Assembly (NCBI GenBank): GCA_038253125.1
Contig: JBBSHM010000004.1
Location: 2,043 to 66,042 of the forward strand
Reading direction: 5' to 3'
Length of the DNA stretch: 64,000 nucleotides
From: Acidimicrobiales bacterium
Lineage (GTDB): Bacteria > Actinomycetota > Acidimicrobiia > Acidimicrobiales > JAUJNH01
Under the pieces are notes generated by a model. That model did no database searches. It saw only the letters and a list, made by a program, of their open reading frames with translations, and was not told the DNA's origin. Positions 59,222 to 64,000 of the stretch are shown here, piece by piece; the stretch's first letter is position 1, and every line of letters begins with the position of its first letter. Position numbers and translations under genes: made by a program.

Positions 59222-60925
59222 ATGACAGAGACGCCGGTGGAAGGACCCCAGGCCGCGGTCAGCCTCCAGGCGCGCCTCGAGGGCGAAGGCGCACCGGGCG
59301 ACCGGGACGAGCCCGCTGGCGGCCCTCCGCCGGTCACCGACCCGGTGGCCCTACTGCGCCACCTGGAGCGGAGCGGCCGCTTCCGCCGCGACAGCGGCAT
59401 AGGCGCCATCTTTCATCCCGGGCAGCTCTCGTTCCGGGAGACCTCGCCGACCGACAGCCTCCACCTCGTGGTCGACGGCAACCACCTGGCCGCCCACGTC
59501 GACCGGGTGTCGCCACTCGACCTCCGGTCGACCCGCCGTGCCCGCTACTCCTTCCGCCAGGCGGCCGCCCACAACCTGGCCGGGATGGCCGAGGACGCCT
59601 GGCGGCTGCTCCGCGGCCGTCAGGGCCACCACCTGTCAGAGTTGGAGTGCGAATGGGTCCAGGACCCCACAGCCTCGGCGACACCCGCCTCGAAGCCGGG
59701 CGCAGAGCGGGACGGCCTGCTCGAGCCCGAGTGGTCGGCCTGGAGCCTGCAGCTGGAGGCCCAGCTCAGCGGCAGCCTCGAGGAGTCGCGCCTGCGATCG
59801 GCGCTGGAGAGCGTGTTCGGCCATCCCGCCAGCCACGATCTCCTCGATGTCGTCGACTGCCCCGACGACGCCACGCTCGACTCGGCCCGCCGCCAGCTCC
59901 AGGACCGGCCTGTCGGGGTGGGCGACCACCCGCCCCTGCGCGCCCGGCTGGCCCGCCACCCGGAGGGAGACGTGCTGATGCTCAACATCAACCACGCGGC
60001 CTGCGACGGGCCCCGTGGCCTCCAGGTCATGCAGGCGATCGGCCGTGCCTACTGCGACGACGCCGCGCCCGGGCCGGTCGTCGACTTCCTGGCCAGCCAC
60101 GACCTGCCCGTTCGACCGGCGCCCGCCGGCGGCTCGGCCCTGATGGGCCGCTACCGCAGGATGGTCGAGCGACTGCGCAACCTGGTCTCCAGGCCGGCCC
60201 GGCTGGCACCGGACAGTGCCGCCGACGACCCTGGCTGTGGCTTCCATCTGGCCAGCATGTCCGTCGATCACGAGGCAACCGACCGCAAGCTCCTGATGGG
60301 AGCGCTGCACCTCGCCATCGACGAGTGGAACCGCGACCACGGCACCGCCAGCCATCGGATCGGGGTGCTGGCCTCGATCAACCTCGGCCCGCCCAACCTC
60401 GGACCACCGGGAGGGCAGGTCCCTGTGGCCAACCTGTCGGTCACAGCCCGGGTGTCGACCAGCCGCCGTCACCGACATGGTCCCGGCGCCGTTCGCGAGG
60501 CCATGACGGCCCAGTCCAGTCGGAACAGCAGGACCCGCAGCGGCGTGGCGCTGATCGAGGCGCTTGAACGGTCCGGAATGCTGGACCTGTGGGCGAAGCA
60601 GTCCCTCGTGGTGCTCCAGCCGGTGACCAGCAACCAGCTGGTGGACATCGCCCTCCTGGCCGGCCTCGGGAGCCTGGAGGCGCCGTCGTTCGGGCCGGAC
60701 GCCGGGGATGTCCGGCACCTGTGGTTCTCGATCCCGGCCCGCTCGCCTATGACGCTCTGCATCGGGGTGGTGACGGTGCCCGGGAGGCTGGACCTGGTCG
60801 TGCGCTACCCGTACCGCCTGTTCGGGCCAGATGCCGCCCGCCGCTTCACCGACGGTTACCTGACCCAGGTGCGGCGGGTGGCGGAGGACGTCACCAGGGC
60901 AGGCGCCCCAACCGGTCAGAACTAG
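59222..60925 (+). CDS. two-domain protein: unknown N-terminal domain plus condensation/WS-DGAT-like acyltransferase domain (NHxxxDG motif)
   Basis: 567-aa ORF filling the argG-argH gap, with good GC3 bias. LNINHAACDGPRG at nt 59990-60010 matches the HHxxxDG catalytic motif with the first His replaced by Asn. The first roughly 170 aa (..SLHLVVDGNHLAAHVDRVSPLD..) are not recognised. Confidence 0.65.
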   Translation: MTETPVEGPQAAVSLQARLEGEGAPGDRDEPAGGPPPVTDPVALLRHLERSGRFRRDSGIGAIFHPGQLSFRETSPTDSLHLVVDGNHLAAHVDRVSPLDLRSTRRARYSFRQAAAHNLAGMAEDAWRLLRGRQGHHLSELECEWVQDPTASATPASKPGAERDGLLEPEWSAWSLQLEAQLSGSLEESRLRSALESVFGHPASHDLLDVVDCPDDATLDSARRQLQDRPVGVGDHPPLRARLARHPEGDVLMLNINHAACDGPRGLQVMQAIGRAYCDDAAPGPVVDFLASHDLPVRPAPAGGSALMGRYRRMVERLRNLVSRPARLAPDSAADDPGCGFHLASMSVDHEATDRKLLMGALHLAIDEWNRDHGTASHRIGVLASINLGPPNLGPPGGQVPVANLSVTARVSTSRRHRHGPGAVREAMTAQSSRNSRTRSGVALIEALERSGMLDLWAKQSLVVLQPVTSNQLVDIALLAGLGSLEAPSFGPDAGDVRHLWFSIPARSPMTLCIGVVTVPGRLDLVVRYPYRLFGPDAARRFTDGYLTQVRRVAEDVTRAGAPTGQN

Positions 60926-60937
60926 GTTCGCAGCCCG

Positions 60938-62332
60938 ATGGGCACGCTCTGGCACGGTCGCTTCGACGGGGGCTCCGCCGAGGCGCTGCTGGCCTACACC
61001 GTCAGCCTGCCCTTCGACCGCCGCCTGGCCGAGGTCGACATCGCCGGCTCGCGAGCTCACGTTCGGGGCCTGGCCCGAGTCGGTCTCCTGTCCGATGCGG
61101 AGGAGGCCGAGGTGCTGGGCGCCCTCGACAAGGTCGGCCTCGAGATGACCACCGGGTCCTTCGCCTACCTCGCCAGCGACGAGGACGTGCACACCGCCGT
61201 CGAGCGGCGTGTCACCGAGCTTGTGGGTGACGCCGGCGCCAAGCTGCACACCGGCCGGAGCCGCAACGACCAGGTGGCGACGGACCTGCGCCTGTGGTGC
61301 AAGGGGGCGCTCACCGACGTCGTGCGAGCGACGCTGGCCCTGGCCGAGGTGATGGTGGCCAGGGCAGATGAGGCGGGCGACGCCTACCTCCCCGGTTACA
61401 CCCACCTGCAGCGGGCCCAGCCGATCCTGCTCGCCCACCACCTCTTGGCCCACTTCTGGTCGCTCTCGCGTGACGTCGACCGCCTCCTCGACTGCCGCCG
61501 CCGGCTCGACGTGTCGCCCCTCGGGGCGGGGGCGCTGGCCGGCACGTCGCTGCCCCTCGATCCCGACGCCACCGCCGCCGATCTCGGCTTCGCCGCCCGC
61601 TTCGAGAACAGCCTCGACGCCATCTCGGACCGTGATTTCGTGGCCGAGGCGCTGTTCGGCCTCGCCCTCCTCGGCGTCCACCTGTCCCGGCTGGGCGAGG
61701 AGATCGTGCTTTGGTCCAGCACCGAGTTCGGCTTCCTCCGCCTCGACGACGCCTACGCCACCGGCAGCTCGATGCTGCCCCAAAAGAAGAACCCCGACAT
61801 CGCCGAGCTGGCCCGGGGCAAGGCTGGGCGGCTCATCGGCAGCCTCACCGGGTTCCTGGCCACCCTGAAGGGGCTCCCGCTGGCCTACAACCGTGACCTT
61901 CAGGAGGGCGGCGAGCCGCTGTTCGACGCCGTCGACCAGGTCCGGCTCGGGCTCGGTGCGCTGGCCGGGCTGGTGGCCACGGCCAGCTTCGACCTGGAAC
62001 GGATGCGGGCCGCCGCCGACGACCCGGCCGGGGCGGCGGTCGACCTGGCCGAGCACCTGGTCAGGGCCGGCACCCCGTTCCGAGTCGCCCACGCCACCGT
62101 GGGCGGCCTGGTGCGGGCGTCGCTCAGCCAGGGTCGGCCGCTGTCCGAGCTGGTCGCCGCCCATCCCGACCTCGGCCCCGAGGCCGCCGCCCTGCTCTCC
62201 CCGGGCACGCCGGTCACCAACCGCACCAGCCCGGGTGGGGCCGGGCCGGCGGCGGTGGCCGTGCAGCTGGGCCGGGCCCGCCAGCGCCTCGAAACCGACC
62301 GGGCCCGGGCCGAGGCGGCCTCCGGCGGCTGA
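60938..62332 (+). CDS. argH: argininosuccinate lyase
   Basis: LWHGRF, TGRSRNDQVATD and GSSMLPQKKNPD signature motifs. Confidence 0.96.
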   Translation: MGTLWHGRFDGGSAEALLAYTVSLPFDRRLAEVDIAGSRAHVRGLARVGLLSDAEEAEVLGALDKVGLEMTTGSFAYLASDEDVHTAVERRVTELVGDAGAKLHTGRSRNDQVATDLRLWCKGALTDVVRATLALAEVMVARADEAGDAYLPGYTHLQRAQPILLAHHLLAHFWSLSRDVDRLLDCRRRLDVSPLGAGALAGTSLPLDPDATAADLGFAARFENSLDAISDRDFVAEALFGLALLGVHLSRLGEEIVLWSSTEFGFLRLDDAYATGSSMLPQKKNPDIAELARGKAGRLIGSLTGFLATLKGLPLAYNRDLQEGGEPLFDAVDQVRLGLGALAGLVATASFDLERMRAAADDPAGAAVDLAEHLVRAGTPFRVAHATVGGLVRASLSQGRPLSELVAAHPDLGPEAAALLSPGTPVTNRTSPGGAGPAAVAVQLGRARQRLETDRARAEAASGG

Positions 62333-62354
62333 GGCCGGGCTCAGCCGGGCCCTG

Positions 62355-63038
62355 GTGGCCCGCGACCCCCGGCTGGTCGCGCCCGACCTGCTGGGCCTGG
62401 TGCTGCGCCACGCCGGACGGGCCGGCCGGATCGTCGAGGTCGAGGCGTACTGTGGGACCCAGGACCCGGCGGCCCACACCTACCGGGGGCGCACCCCTCG
62501 CAACGCCACCATGTACGGGGTCGCCGGTCTGCTCTACGTCTACCGCTCCTACGGCCTGCACTGGTGCGCCAACGTCGTCTGCGGTGAGGCGGGGGAGGGG
62601 GTGGCCGTCCTCGTGAGGGCGCTGCGGCCCGTCGCCGGTCTGGACGAGATGCGAGCCGCCCGCCAGGGGGGCCGGCGCCCCGACGCGCCGCCGGTGGTCG
62701 ACCGCGACCTGTGCCGAGGCCCGGGCCGTCTGTGCCAGGCCCTCGGGGTCAGCGGAGCCCACGACGGCGCTGACCTGGTCACAGCCGACCAGGACATCGG
62801 GCTCGAGGACGACGGCTGGAGGTGCCCGGCCGTCGAGCAGGGCGTCAGGGTGGGGATCTCGGCTGCCGCCGACCTCCCGTGGCGCTGGTGGATCAGCGGC
62901 GCCCCCGAGATCTCCCGGGGCCGCCAGGCCAACGATGCCGCCTCGGGCCGCCCCGACGGTGTAGCGTCGCACAGCCCCCACGGGGGCCGGCCCCGGAGCT
63001 CATCTCCCAGGTTGACACCGAAGCGGCGAAGAGGGTAA
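62355..63038 (+). CDS. mpg: DNA-3-methyladenine glycosylase (Mpg/AAG family)
   Basis: IVEVEAYCG..DPAAHTYRGRTPRNATMYG..G.LYVYRSYGLHWCANVV is the AAG-family core. GTG 62355 is the first start after the argH stop. The C-terminal tail is low complexity. Confidence 0.85.
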   Translation: MARDPRLVAPDLLGLVLRHAGRAGRIVEVEAYCGTQDPAAHTYRGRTPRNATMYGVAGLLYVYRSYGLHWCANVVCGEAGEGVAVLVRALRPVAGLDEMRAARQGGRRPDAPPVVDRDLCRGPGRLCQALGVSGAHDGADLVTADQDIGLEDDGWRCPAVEQGVRVGISAAADLPWRWWISGAPEISRGRQANDAASGRPDGVASHSPHGGRPRSSSPRLTPKRRRG

Positions 63039-63041
63039 GTT
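63012..63041 (+). promoter_or_regulatory. candidate sigma-A promoter for the rRNA operon
   Basis: TTGACA (63012-17), an 18-nt spacer, then TAAGTT (63036-41, fits TAnnnT). It overlaps the mpg stop codon and lies about 290 nt upstream of the mature 16S 5' end. Confidence 0.45.
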
Positions 63042-63156
63042 CTCTCTTCGCCCCGGAGGACCTCGGTCCTCCAGGCAGGTGGCGGCAACGCCACCGGAGC
63101 AGGCAGCGAAGGCCACCTCCGTCGGACCTCGACGCGTGGCCTTCAAAGGCCAGGTA

Positions 63157-63171
63157 GCGCTCCTTGACAAC
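63157..63171 (+). promoter_or_regulatory. boxA-like antitermination element in the rRNA leader
   Basis: GCGCTCCTTGACAAC resembles boxA (TGCTCTTTAACAA). It is preceded by two strong leader hairpins (63055-63072 and 63078-63095). Confidence 0.4.
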
Positions 63172-63330
63172 GGAACAGAGGAAGCCAAAAGCAAGTGCGG
63201 GCGAGCGACGGCAATCGTCGACTCGACCCAAACCTCGTAGTAACACCATTCGGACAACATTTTACCAGTCCGTTTTGTGTCAGTTGGCAGACACGGATGC
63301 GAGTCCGTCGATGCCGGCTCTACATCATTA

Positions 63331-64000
<670 letters not shown>

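Noticed and set aside
62333-62354. GCTGAG-N6-CTCAGC hairpin after argH as a terminator
   Set aside because: The stem is only 6 bp, there is no U-tract, and mpg starts immediately. More likely it is incidental or part of the mpg initiation region.
59636-62479. 947-aa minus-strand ORF spanning the argG|argH insert and argH
   Set aside because: It is antisense to argH, whose motifs are unambiguous. The translation is Arg/Gly/Pro/Ala-rich low complexity. This is a typical high-GC shadow ORF.
63164-63169. TTGACA at 63164 as the -35 box of the main rRNA promoter
   Set aside because: No acceptable TAnnnT -10 lies 16-19 nt downstream (AAAAGC). The context GCTCCTTGACAAC fits a boxA-like element better. 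It is kept only as an alternative.

Overview
Very GC-rich actinobacterial (Actinomycetota) chromosome segment. From the partial 16S I suspect an Acidimicrobiia-like organism, but this needs a database search. Nearly the whole window is a co-oriented (+ strand) run of conserved core operons: aroE, prepilin peptidase, aroC-K-B-Q, efp-nusB, pyrR-B-C-carA-carB-pyrD-pyrF, mihF-gmk-rpoZ-coaBC-metK, priA, def-fmt-rsmB, mogA, ribD-E-BA-H, hisG, infC-rpmI-rplT, pheS, pheT, argC-J-B-D-F-R-G, argH, mpg, and the 5' part of a 16S rRNA gene. All calls rest on motif and synteny recognition by eye; no searches were run. The unusual content is what interrupts this backbone. (1) Two overlapping opposite-strand P-loop ATPase genes lie between pheS and pheT: a STAND-like ATPase-wHTH-TPR protein and an Arch-ATPase-like partner. 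Neither has a recognisable effector or mobility gene. This is my best candidate for an undescribed system. (2) A 1230-aa acidic, helical orphan protein made of about three long internal repeats lies antisense between the prepilin peptidase and aroC. (3) A 567-aa protein with a condensation/acyltransferase-like NHxxxDG motif is inserted between argG and argH. (4) A 27-bp tandem repeat family sits exactly at three gene junctions, fused to the upstream stop codon. Smaller items are candidate operators, an ARG box, a divergent FMN-riboswitch-like leader, an infC ATC start, a PriA without Walker A, and an rRNA promoter/boxA leader. Many long ORFs in the track are antisense shadow ORFs typical of high-GC DNA and were rejected.
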